DNA of 64,000 bases from Blepharisma stoltei ATCC 30299 (taxonomy: Eukaryota > Protista > Ciliophora). The stretch covers positions 434,001 to 498,000 of the forward strand of contig CBFDEM010000033.1 of assembly GCA_965603825.1 (NCBI GenBank), in the 5' to 3' direction. A model generated the notes under the pieces. It was given only the letters and a program-made list of their open reading frames with translations, searched no databases and was not told the origin of the DNA. Positions 39,927-52,493 of this stretch are shown here, piece after piece (position 1 is the stretch's first letter; every line of letters starts with the position of its first letter). The position numbers and the translations under genes are program-made.

Positions 39927-41195
39927 TTAAATTGCCATTATTTTTTCAATTCTCCTTCTCCTGAAATTAAACGCATAAATTTCACTATTATACGCATAAT
40001 AAACCTTTTTATTCCATTTGATTGCGTAGCTATTAATTGGTAAGACTCCTCCTGTAGCTGGGCATGCTCCAATTTTATTTCATTTGTGCAAATCTTCACT
40101 TTCATATATACCTCTTGAAAATTCAAGTAAAAATATTTTTTTATTCCCTACAAACACTGGTTTAATGGTATTGCAAGCCAATTTTAACGATGAAATTTCA
40201 TTATATGTATCAATGTTAATATCGAAATACATAATTTCATCCATATTTTGAGCAGTTAGTATAATGCAATGATTTCATGTGCAGCAGTATGCAATTTTAT
40301 CTAAGTTTATTGGTAACTTGAGAAGCGAGCTCCATTGGTTTAAATCTATGTTAAATTTTGCAGAAATAGTTCTTGATCCGCCAAATACATAGATATTTCC
40401 ATCTAAATAAGCTGAGCATGATGGCGCACTCTGCTGATATTTTGGCAAATTTTGGACATGATTTTGAGGACTAATAATTATTGAGTCCCCCCAATCAGAG
40501 GCTAAAAATAAATTTCCACTTGGGAGCATACATTTAACTTTAAAACGGCTGAAATCTTTGGTTTTTGGTAAATTAGTTTTATATAATTTTAAATTCATTG
40601 CGTCAAAAGTTTTTAGCTCAGAATGTGAAGGATTTCATATATATTTTATAACATGCGATTTAGGTTTGTCATTAAAATTTTGCCCAGGAGGATCTATTTC
40701 AAATAAATTAATAATAAGTTTAGGATCAATAGATTTTATTTGCAAATTTGGCGATGATAATGGATTTCTTTTTTCAAGTTCTGCTGCAGGGAATTTTAGC
40801 AAAGATTCAATAAGAGTTAACTCGTTTAAATTATTTATTTGTGTCGTTCTTCAAATCTCTGATATAGTTTCGTTTAAAATTTTATCAAAAACTTTCAGTT
40901 GTTTTATTGCATTTTCTGATGCTTTTTGAATTTGTTTTATTAATGATAGTTCTTCATGGATTATCTTGTTTTTAAAATCATGAAGTTCTAATTTTAGCTT
41001 CGAAATGAATTTAAAGAGATACTTTTTTGAATCATCATAAACTTCTGAGTAAATTTTAGTACTTCTATGCTTTCCTATAAGCTTCTTATGATTTTGCAAG
41101 TGATGAGTGCACATAAAAACAGGAGGAGTTTTGCATTTGCAAAAGAATTGAGGCCTCTCTGAACAATTTGCAGAGAAGCAATACTTACTAGACAT
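39927..41195 (-). CDS. B-box-like Zn finger-coiled-coil-Kelch-like protein (422 aa)
   Basis: CFSANC..FFCKC..FMCTHHLQNH; single frame via TGA codons to TAA 39927-39929. Confidence 0.83.
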
Positions 41196-41402
41196 TTACA
41201 AATGGATAATTAAAATAATTTTAAATACTTCAAATTTTACTGCCATTATAAATTGATTCTATTATAATTATCTATCATTTTCACATATTGCTATTTTTGT
41301 GCATTAATTAAGCAAGCCGATTAAAAAATTTTGCTCGCATATTGATTTTTACTAGTAAATAGACTCGATTAATTATATCTTCTTAATAAAAATATTATAT
41401 TT

Positions 41403-42692
41403 TTAATCTTTATCAGGCAAACCCATTATTTTTTCTAACTTCTTTTTCTCTAAATCAAAAGAATAAATCGCACTAAAATTTACAAAATAAATCTTTTTCT
41501 TTCATTTAATTGCATAACTGATAATTGGTGCACGGCTTGCTAAAATTGTGCATCCTCCAATTTTCTTTCATGTGCATAGGTTATCGCTCTCATATATATA
41601 AGTTGAAAATTCAAATATAAAAACTTTTTTATCCCCAGTAATAACTGCCTTGGCAACAAGATTGGTTAATTTCAATGATGAAATTTCAGAATAAGAGTCA
41701 ATATTTATGTCATAATAAATAGCTTTATCAGAGCCCTGTGAAACTAAAATAATGTATTCGTTAAATAAGCAGCAAGTTGAGTATGCGCCTAAATTTATTG
41801 GCAGTTTTAGATGAGAACTTCATCTATTTTGGCTAATATTGTATTTTGCAGAAATATTTTTGGATCCGCCAATAAGGAAAATATATCCGTCTGCATAAGC
41901 AGAGCATACGTATGTACTCTCGATATAATTCTTTATGTATTTAACGCTGTTGTTTGGATCCAAAATTAATGAAAACCCTTCGGAGTAATAGAATAAACTT
42001 CCGTCTGGTAATAAACACTTCGCTTCATATTGATCAAGCACTTTATTTATTGATAAATTGTGTTTGTGCACTTTTCGGGTTAATATGTTGAATGTATTTA
42101 TCCCAGTACGAGAGCTATTTCATATATATTTTATAATAGGCGTTTTATGTTTTTCATAGTATTTTTCATTGAAACTTTGTAATGGGGACTCTATTTCAAA
42201 TATTTTATCAATTTTCTGAAAATCAGCTGATCTTATGTTCAATTTTGGTAATCAAATAGGATTTATTTTTTCAAGATCTGTCTCAGATAATTTTAATAAT
42301 GCCTTTATATTAGTTTTTTCCTTTGAATTGTCTATTTCAGTTAATATGTTGATTCGTGAAATTGCTTCATTTAAATTTTTATCAAAAGCTTTTATTTTTT
42401 CTAACGATTTTTGAGCTGCTTTTTGAATTTGCTTAATAATTAATAATTCTTCGAGAATTATTCTAGATTGAATTTCTTTAATCTCTAATTTTAACTTTCA
42501 AATGAGTTTAGTAGAAAGCGTTTTAGTGTTTAAAGGCACTTCTGAATAAATTTTATTATTGATATGCCTTCCTATAAGCTTTTTGTGATTCTGCTGATGA
42601 TTTTTGCACATAAAAATAGGCGGATTTTCGCATTTGCAAAAGAATTGAGGATTTTCTGAGCAGTTTGCTACGAAGCAGCACTTATCAGACAT
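41403..42692 (-). CDS. B-box-like Zn finger-coiled-coil-Kelch-like protein (429 aa)
   Basis: CFVANC..FFCKC..FMCKNHQQNH; LDQYEAKCLLPDGSLFYY; single frame via TGA codons to TAA 41403-41405. Confidence 0.83.
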
Positions 42693-42769
42693 TTATTAAA
42701 AAAGGATGAAAATAAAGTAATTAGATGATATTTGATTTGTTTCGTTATCACTAATAATTATTGCATGGA

Positions 42770-43163
42770 GTGATTAGATAGAAATCGATGAATTAAATTA
42801 ACTCCAATGCCAAAAGCTGACAAATGATGTCATAGCGTAGTATTTAATGGGAATATTTTGATTTCTGGATATGAAAAAGATATCTTTTAATTTATTCAGC
42901 TGATATTGACTTTTATTCGACAGTCCTTTATAATTTTGAATGTTCTAAACAAAAGATTGTGATTAATGCAGATGGGATACTGTATTTGATTAGCGGAAAA
43001 GTCTATAAAAGTACAGATGAGGATACATGAGAAATAATTTCCAACTGAGGAATTTGACTTGATTGCCGAAGTATGTATTATGCATATAATAAAGGAGGAA
43101 TCTACATGCTCATTGACTCTTATAGCGATGATTTAAATTATTTTTGAATATGCATAGTAAAAT
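42770..43163 (+). pseudogene. Degenerate fragment of a divergent Kelch-like family
   Basis: LDRNRWIKLTPMPKADKWCHSVVFNGNILISGY followed by stops and frameshifts; no start codon. Confidence 0.55.
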
Positions 43164-43679
43164 AATTTATTTATGAAATTTTTGGTAGGACTTTTTCTCT
43201 TTTGAAATCACTTCAATAAAAATAAAATCTTTTCTAAATAGAATCATTTAAGTTATTATTAATTATTTAAAATGTTCTTAACTATTATTCTTCACTTGAT
43301 AGAGATGAAACCTAAGATAGATATTAAAAGAATATTGAATAATAAGATTTTTTGAAATAATTGATATATGGTGCTTTCATATTTTTGCATAAGTACAACG
43401 GTAATAAACGCTATAGAGTGTGAAGCTCCTAGAATCTACCTTAATTCAGCCCCTCGCCCATCACATAATGGCTCCACATTGGCGCTTAGTGATATATTAA
43501 AATATCTTAAAAATATGATTTATAGATATAGATTTTTGCAACTTTGCTAGACAAAAAACTAAGAATCAAAATTATAGGAAAAAGTTGACTTGTACAAGCC
43601 TTAAAATTTCTTTGGTAATACTTCAATGAAACCAATGTAAATATATAGTATTATTAATTTTCTTTCTGGAAAGTAAAGA

Positions 43680-44520
43680 TCTAGGATCAATATAACTCCC
43701 ATAAGTATCATGAGTTGTAATGTTGCTATAAAACTTAATTACTGCTAGAAATAGGTGGCAGAATATTTAAAAATGTGACAGTAATTTTTCCTGCATAAAA
43801 ATGTGAGCTAACATTAATTGTAGAATGCCCCAACAATGCATGCTCAGTCAAATCCTGCAACATTTAAAACTGCATAAATAAATGATCAAGAACTATTCAT
43901 TACTAAAATTAGACTCTTTCAGGAGGATTATCATGATTGCTATAGTCTTAGATGAGCCAACAGAGTCTAGCCATGCTAAAGAATTTGCTAAGCTTTGCAC
44001 TCAGCATCTCCATTTCTAATAATTTCAACTTTAACTCATGATGCAATTTGTGAATTATCATCAAATTCTAAGAAAGAACCTGACTCAGTATTTGCTGTAA
44101 AAAGAGTGAATTTCAGATTGTTCTTCCCATTGGCTATATCTGCATAGCTTGGCGCTGCAGTGCCGACTACTCTCAACATAGACCCCAAAGAACTAATTTC
44201 AAAATTATTGTCACCTATATCCGTGATATTTTTTCTCTTATTTTGCTTTAAAAGATCAAATTATTAAAATAAGAAGTATCCTAAGTATGCACATAATAAT
44301 TCATCATTCGTAAATAAACTATATTCCATATGCTGGTATTTGATTATCAATTGAAATTATTGATCCTTGCAGTTGTCAGACTTATTCCAATAAAGTCACC
44401 ATTTTGTATGTTTGCAGATAGCTTGATGCCAGAAATTGTAAGAGAGCTGGTTGAAGAAATGTCTCAAGCTTGAGATGAAGAGTTTGTATTTGCAGGTTTA
44501 CAAGATTCTGTTGAGCATTT
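43680..44520 (-). pseudogene. Decayed fragment paralogous to the giant GPI surface protein
   Basis: Three collinear matches: SSSQAWDISSTSSLTISG..DFIGISL vs GSQTSSWGVSISSSLTIT..TYIGIGL; VVGTAAPSYA..LKFTLFTA vs VTGVVAPGYA..VYFNLFAV; ITVTFLNILPPISS..TTHDTYGSYID vs INISIPQVLPPLSA..TQDAKSNYID. Multiple stops and frameshifts. Confidence 0.65.
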
Positions 44521-44617
44521 TGATTGTTAGCTTTAATATAAGTAATTATAAATTAAAGGATCTTGTGCTGTTTTATCTAGATTTAATTTTAAGTGTTAAA
44601 GAAAGAGTTTAAATAAA

Positions 44618-46753
44618 TTATAGGTATTGTTTTATCAAGTTTATTATTTTTTCTGATGGTGAAGGCTTTGGTAAATAATCAACCATCCCACACTCGAAGC
44701 AGGCGTTTCTATCTTCATCCGAACTGTAAGCGGAATATCCAATAATATTAGGCAATCGATATAACTTTTTCATTAGATACAATTTAACTATTTCTCGAGT
44801 AGCCTCAAAACCATCCATTTCAGGCATATTACAATCCATAATCACAATAGAATACATACTGCCTTTATTATTGCATTCGATGATTTTATTTAAGGCATCT
44901 TTCCCATTTCAAGCTTCTGCATAGCTGATATTATTTTGACTTAAAATAGAAGCAAGTATCATCCTATTTAGCTCGTTATCATCTACAATAAGAACTTTTG
45001 AATTTAGGACATTATTGAAATTTCTGTCAAAATAAAAATCAGATTTGCTAGCAGCTTCATCAATATTTGCCAAAGATTCTTCATAACTTCGGATTTCAGG
45101 CGTATCTTCATAAATATCAATAGCAAAGAGAAAGCTTGAGCCTTTGCCGAGTTTGGACTTTGCTTTTATTCCTGATCCACCTAATGATTTTACTAAAAAA
45201 TTAGAGATTCATAGCCCAAGTCCGCTTCCCTGGGAATTAAGAACTGGGTTATAATTTGTGCTGAATTCTGTAAATAATTTTCTTTTGATTTCTTTATTTA
45301 TCCCTATTCCGGTGTCTTCTACTTTGCATTCAAGCTTGTTTTCTGAGTTAATTCAAACACAAATTTCTATGTAGCCTTTTATTGTGAATTTTAAGGCATT
45401 GCTTAATAGATTCAATAAAATTTGGCTGAATCTCACAATATCAGTAAAAACTAATTCAGGTATATTAGGATCAACTCTATAAATCAGGCTTATATTTTTC
45501 TTTTTAGCTTGCATACTTATCAAATCACATGCGTTATAAATAGCTTGCCTTATATCAGAGCTCGTTTTATTTATAGTAAAAGCTCCTGCCAGCATTTTTG
45601 AGTAGTCTAGTAAATCATTAATTAGAGAAAGCATGAGTTTTGACGAAATTAAGACTAGTTTTAATTTTTCTTTTTCACTATCTGGCATCTCAATTAGTGG
45701 CTTTTCTATCAACTCATCTGTAAAAAAAGCTATAGCATTGAGCGGAGTTTTTAGCTCATGAGAAACTGATCTTAAAAGAACTGTTTTCATATGGTCATTA
45801 GCTATAGATTTTTCTAACTCAATAATTTGATTGATATTCCTTATAGTCAAAAATATAGCTTGATTTCTTTCTCAAATAATATTTTTTGCTTTTCATTCCA
45901 GATTAATATTATTTATTTGAATCACCCCGAGAGTCACCTCCCCTACTTGAGCATTTTCGAAAATATAATTTAAATCATCAATAAGCATATCGGAATGATT
46001 AAATTGAGAAATTTTTTTTTCAGCACAATATTTGCATTTCATAAGCTCTGAAAAAATTTCATGATATCTGCAATTCAAAAATTCCAGAGCTGTAGAGTTA
46101 TAAAATTCTACTTTTTGGTTTACTGTTATGACTATGATACCATCCGTAAAAGCTTGCGTAATTATTTCAAATCGATTTTTAGAGGCCTCAACTTCTTTGG
46201 AAAATACAAATCTCTCATAAGAAATTTTGAGGCGGTAATAATTTCCTATATTACATACAATAATTACTGCGGCAGCAGCTACAACTGGAGTGATGTCATA
46301 TGATTTCTTTAGGACTTCAATGTCAACTGACAGATAATATCACATTAAAATATGCTTTATGAGGAGAAGATTAAAAATAACTTTGTTTTTCACCATTGGG
46401 AGCTGAAATTGAATTGTTGTTACTAAAGAGAAAATTCACCTCAAGCATATATGCTCTCTATTTTTCATTGAAGGAATATAGCAAGAAAGTGTATAAAATT
46501 CTAGAAATAGAACAGCAATTATACTTTTTGATAAGGCAGATTTGTTTTCAAAGTATTTTATCAAGCAAAAGCAAGCTAGATGAGTAGAAGTTAGAATAAG
46601 GGTATAAAAGGCTAAATCAGATGAGAGAATATAAGCCGAATATAAAATTCGAGGAAATACTGATACAGATGACAAAATATAGCTGTAAAAGATGATCAGT
46701 TTATACATGTCTTTAATCTCTTCATTCCACCATTGCTGCTCTATATTTGACAT
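44618..46753 (-). CDS. Membrane hybrid histidine kinase (TM-PAS-like-HisKA-HATPase-REC), copy A (711 aa)
   Basis: H-box SVSHELKTPLNAI, N-box QILLNLLSNALKFT, DTGIG, GSGLGLWIS, receiver LIVDD..IMDCNMPEMDGFEAT..PKP; one frame via TGA. Confidence 0.92.
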
Positions 46754-47151
46754 TAATAATTTTGTAATATTTTAAAAAATAAGCTAATTAAAAACTAAAT
46801 AATTGAAAAGCTAAACAGAAATAATAAATCGATTAAAGCTTGAGATATCAAGTTAAGGACTTAAAACTATATTAAAAATGAAACTAAAAAAATTATCTAG
46901 ATTATTATTGCTTGAGATGAAAATTTCCAAAGGTATGAAAAATTTTTATTATTTTACTTAAGTTTTTAAATCGATAATTTTCTTATATACGATTGTCATT
47001 TTTTAGAAGAAAACTGAACTAAAGCTTAAAGATTTTAAATTAAATTAGACATAATAAAAAATTTGATAAATTAGTTTAAGAATTTGTTTAGTTCAATAGG
47101 GATCTCGATAATATAAAATGCATTTTTAAACCAAAATTTGATATTAGTCAT

Positions 47152-49284
47152 CTATAGATACCGTTTAATCACTTTTATGATATTTTCTGATGGTGAAGGC
47201 TTAGTTAAATAATCTACCATTCCGCACTCAATGCAGGCATTCCTGTCATCATCTGAGCTGTATGCTGAATAGCCGATTATGCTTGGCATGTCATTTATTT
47301 TTTTCATTTGATACAATTTCGTTATTTCTCTTGTCGCCTCAAAACCATCCATTTCGGGCATATTACAATCCATAATCACTGCTGAGTACATATATCCTTT
47401 GTTACTGCACTCAATGATTTTATTTAAGGCTTCTTTTCCATTTCAAGCTTCTGCATAGCTGATGCCGCTTTGGCTTAAAATTGAGCCAACAATCATTCTA
47501 TTAAGTTCATTGTCGTCTACGATAAGAACTTTGGAGTTTAAAGATACATTAAAATCTTTGTTAAAGTAAAAATCCAACCAATCTACTTCTTCATCGGTTG
47601 TAAGAACTTCTTCAAAATCTCTTAATTCTTGTGGATTTTCAAAAGCATCTATAGAGAATTGAAATTGGGATCCTTTTCCTAGCTTTGATTTGACTCTTAT
47701 CCCTGAGCCACCTAATGATTTCACTAAGAAGTTTGATATTCATAGCCCTAAGCCATTTCCTTGAGAATTCAAAACAGGGTCATAATTTGTACTAAATTCT
47801 GTAAATAATTTCTTTTTTGCTTCTTTACTTATGCCAATCCCTGTGTCTTCTACTTTGCATTCGAGTTTATTGTTAGAATTAATTCAAATGCAAATTTCTA
47901 TGTATCCTTTAATAGTAAATTTTAGTGCATTGCTTAGCAGATTCAATAAAATTTGGCTGAATCTCACAATATCAGTAAAAACTAATTCAGGTATATTAGG
48001 ATCAATTCTATAAATCAGGCTTATATTTTTCTTTTTAGCTTGCATACTTATCAAATCACATGCGTTATAAACAGTTTGCCTTATATCAGAGTACGTTTTA
48101 TTTATAGTAAAAGCTCCTGCAAGCATTTTTGAGTAGTCTAGTAAATCATTAATTAGAGAAAGCATGAGTTTTGACGAAATTAAGACTAATTTTAATTTTT
48201 CTTTTTCACTATCTGGCAGCTCAATTAGTGGCTTTTCTATCAACTCATCTGTAAAAAAAGCTATAGCATTGAGCGGAGTTTTTAGCTCATGCGAAACTGA
48301 TCTTAAAAGAACTGTTTTCATATGGTCATTAGCTATAGATTTTTCTAACTCAATAATTTGATTGATGTTCCTAATAGTCAAAAATATAGCTTGATTACTT
48401 TCTCAAATAATATTTTTTGCTTTCCATTCCAGATTAATATTATTTATTTGAATCACCCCGAGAGTCACCTCCTCTACTTGAACATTTTCGAAAATATAAT
48501 TTATATCATCAATAAGCAAGCTAGATTGATTTAATTGAGAAATTTTTTTATCTGCACAATATTTACACTTTGAGAGCTCAGATAAAATTTCTTGAGGATT
48601 GCAGTTTAGAAATTCAAGAGTATTACCATTATAAAATTCAATTACTCGATTTAGAGTAATAACTAAGATTCCATCAGTAAGTGCTTGTGTAATTAACTCG
48701 AACCTTTTCTTGGAATCTTCTACTTCTTTAAAAAACACAAATCTTTCATATGAGATTTTTAGACGATAATAATTACCAATATTGCAAACCACAATGATTG
48801 CTGTTGCAGCAATCAGTGGAGTTAAATCATAAGTCTTTTTTATTATGCTAAAGTCAATTGATAAATAATACCACATTAAAATATGCTTGATAAGCAGTAA
48901 ATTGAAAATTACCTTATTTTTTACAATTGGAAGCTGAAATTGTGTTGTTAACACCAATGAGAAAATTCATCTCAAGCATAGATGCTCTTTATTTTTTATG
49001 CATGGCATATAACAGGTAAATGAATAAATTTCAGCAAAAATAATAGCGGCGATTGTTTTTGGTAATGAAGGTTTCTTTTCGAAATATTTAATAATCAAAA
49101 TGCACATCAAATGTGTAAAAAATAAAGCGCAAATAAATATTCCTAATTCAGATGAGAGGCTATATAAGAAATATAAAATTCTAGGAAAGAGGGAGACAGA
49201 AAATAGAATATAGCTGTAAAAAATGATGAGTTTGTACATGCATTTGACTTCTTCATCCCATCATTGTTGCTGAATATCTGACAT
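47152..49284 (-). CDS. Membrane hybrid histidine kinase, copy B (710 aa)
   Basis: Same motifs; ATG 49284 gives MSDIQQQ(TGA)W vs MSNIEQQWW in copy A. Confidence 0.92.
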
Positions 49285-50006
49285 TAATTATTAACTATTA
49301 AAATGTAATTACTATATTCTTTTATATTTAATAAAATAGGTATGATTTCAGCGAAAACTAAATGAGCTTATCAGCTATTTAGCCTTAATAAAAATTAATT
49401 TTAAATCTAAATATATCAGAATATGATTATATTGAAAGTTTTGGAACAAAAGAATAGTTGATGAATGTTAAAAATAATTATTTGTAATTTTTTATTTCTA
49501 TTTAAAGAGTTATAAATTAACAATATTTTAATCAATATAATTATTATTATGCTTTTATATATAGGGAAAGTATTTAAAAAAATCTTTCATTATATTTTTA
49601 TAATATTTAATTTTTTGAATTATTCATTTCAAAGCTATTTTGAAATCTATGAGTTTCGATTAGTATTTTTTGCTGGATATTTTTATTTATCGTCATTATT
49701 ACTAATTGAAAAATGTAAAGATCGATTAAATTCAAATATATAATGAATCCTGCATATATAAATATAATAGCAACTTTTAGTCCCAAGCTCCGCATTGTCT
49801 TTTTAAAGCCTAATGGAGGTTGAGAAACTTGCCAAAAATGAATCAGCTTTGTTCCTTGATGAAAGATACAATTCGACATACTGACAATCTCTGTTTTATT
49901 TTGGATAAGATAATTTAATTACAAATTTTAAGAGCTGAAGATTCAAACAAACAATCGAATTGTAAATTAAATATTTAGGTTGAACAATTTTAATTTCAAT
50001 TGATTT

Positions 50007-50908
50007 TTAAGCTTTATATTTAGTTTGAATCATTTTTATTTTATTTTTCTTCAAGTTAAATGCAAAAATCCCAACACAATTCAAAAAATAATATTTTTCT
50101 CTATAAATAATTGAAGAAATATTCATAGGATAATTTTTGCACTGATTTCTACAATTTCCGACAATTTCTCATTTAATTAGATTTCCATCACTCTCGTACA
50201 GATAGCTTGAAAAATTAACCATAAGCTAGCTTTTATTATTAGTCATAAATCCGATATATCCATCATCTTGAGATTTAAATTGTAGTTCAGAATAAGAATC
50301 TGCTATTATATCATAAATAATTACATTATTTGCAGAATGCGATCCAAAAAATGCAATGTTTCCATATAAAGTGCATACTTGGCTTTTAACGCTTTCATTA
50401 AAAGGACTTGCAATAGAGTATCACCTATTTTCCTTCATACCATATCGTCCAGAGTATTTCAGACGCTGCCCTATTAAGTATATATAACCATTGCAATAAA
50501 AAGAGCCTGCTCATATTTTCTCTCTTTTATAGCTAGGAAGAAATTTGATATTATTCAATGAATCTACAAGCACTAAATGGTTATCATCATAATAAAATAG
50601 GCTACCATCTGGAAGCAAACATTTGGTACCGTAATTTTTAAAATCATGGTTAAGTGGAAGATTTATTACAGTTTGTTTTTTGCATTCAACGTCGAAAATA
50701 TATAATCTTTTATTTGAATAACATCTTGTAAACCTAAGTGTTTTGGTTTCTATTTGAGAATATTCAGTATTTTTTGGCAATTTAATTTCAGGTATCATTA
50801 TTTCTGACTTGCCACTAATAATAAGGCTATTCTCTTCATGGCTTTGAGAACTACGAATAGTAATTACTTTTCATATAGTAGTTGTTTGTTAATTGTGCAA
50901 GTCGCCAT
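50007..50908 (-). pseudogene. Propeller-only Kelch-like paralog with a premature TAG (50226-50228)
   Basis: NYGTKCLLPDGSLFYY; homology continues past the in-frame TAG to TAA 50007. The 5' end needs a tentative 17-nt intron (50851-50867); otherwise it starts at 50798. Confidence 0.65.
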
Positions 50909-51011
50909 GATAGTTTTATAAGCTTTTACCTTTCAAATTAATACATTTTAGCTAAGACAGATAATATTTAATTGAATGGAAAATTTTAAAATATAATACC
51001 TAATAAATTAA

Positions 51012-52343
51012 TTAAGTCCAATTAGTAGATGATGAATCTGGTAATGTCTTCACCTGTTCCACATTTTTTTTGATCAAATCAAATGCATAAATCCCATAGT
51101 AGTTAACAAAATAAATTTTCTTTTTATGGTGTACTGAATATCCAATCACAGGTGCATTGCCATCAACATTTTCACAAGTTCCTATGCTAACCCAACTATT
51201 AAAATCTCCTTTGCACTCATAAATTTGTTTTGAAAACTCTAATAGAAAAATTGATTCTTTTCTTACTAAAAATGTTTTAGAAGTCATAGTCCCCAAGGTT
51301 AAAGGAATTTCACTATAAGAGTTATTTATAATATCATAATACACCGCTTTGGTTGAATCCCTGCCTCCAACGAATATAAAATCCTCATATAGAGCACAAG
51401 ACGAATAAATCCCATTTATAGGAAAAGTTGCAAGGTTAGTTCACTCAGATGTAGATAAATTATATTTTTGGGAGCATGGTGGGCTTCCAGCTAACGCATA
51501 CACGAAACCATCAAAATATACAGAACACCCATTTAGGCATTCAGAAAGCATTGTAATTTCTTTGATTTCATTTGAAGCAGTAATTATAAAATGGGCTCCA
51601 TTACCATAATAAAATAAACTTCCATCTGGGAGTAAACATTTTGATCCATATTGATCAAGATTTTGATCTACATTTGTAATATCGACTTGGTAAGCATTTT
51701 GGCTTTCAGCATCGAAATAGCTGATTTTTTTACCACTGCAGCTTCATACGAATTTTATGGTGTTAGTTTTCATTGGAAGACTATCTTTATAAACACCTGA
51801 ACGCTTTTGAGTAAAACCCTGGCATATTTTTTCCAAAGAATCCAGTCTAAACAGTCTCTCCACAGCATTCTGGCTTATTTTATTTAAATACAGCTTTGGC
51901 AGCTTTTTCTCTCTGACTTTGCACATTTCTTCAGGTTTTATTTTTAATAGCGATTCCGCGAAACCTAAAGGCTTTGAATTATTAATTTCATTCATTTGTG
52001 AAATTTGTGATATAATCTCTTTCAGCTGTTCATCACACATTTTAAGATTGTTTAATGCATTTTCAGTGACTTGCTGGATGTGAGTAATTAATGAAGATGA
52101 TTCTTGAAGAATTGTACTGCGAATCTTTTCAAGTTCGGCTTCTAAATAATAAACGGTTTCAATGGCAGAGTTTCTCGACTCTTCATTTATTTTTGTAAAG
52201 ATTTTGGAATAGTGGTGCAATCCTTCAGACTCACAGTGAGGAATAGCATGCTCTTCACATATAAAAGTAAAGGAGTCTGCACAGTCACAGTATATTATAG
52301 GGGCATTTGAGCAGCAGGGAGAAAAACAGTGAGCTTCAGACAT
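51012..52343 (-). CDS. B-box-like Zn finger-coiled-coil-Kelch-like protein (443 aa)
   Basis: CFSPCC..YCDC..FICEEHAIPHC..HH; LDQYGSKCLLPDGSLFYY; one frame via TGA. Confidence 0.85.
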
Positions 52344-52493
52344 CTTTTATTAGTTATCAGGTTGACTTTAATGAATTAATGCTATATATAGAGAAGAGAA
52401 GCAAAAATAAATTTAAAAGAAAAAATACAGTTTAAATTAAAGATATCGGTCCTAAACCATAATTTTGTATTGATATATTTATCATACAAAGAT

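Noticed and set aside
44618-49284. Bacterial contamination suggested by histidine kinases, hemB and galE
   Set aside because: Same UGA=Trp code and composition as neighbours carrying spliceosomal micro-introns; no operon or Shine-Dalgarno pattern.
49743-49913. Short Trp-rich plus-strand ORF and antisense ORF 49607-49879
   Set aside because: No recognisable motif or paralog; cannot be distinguished from chance.
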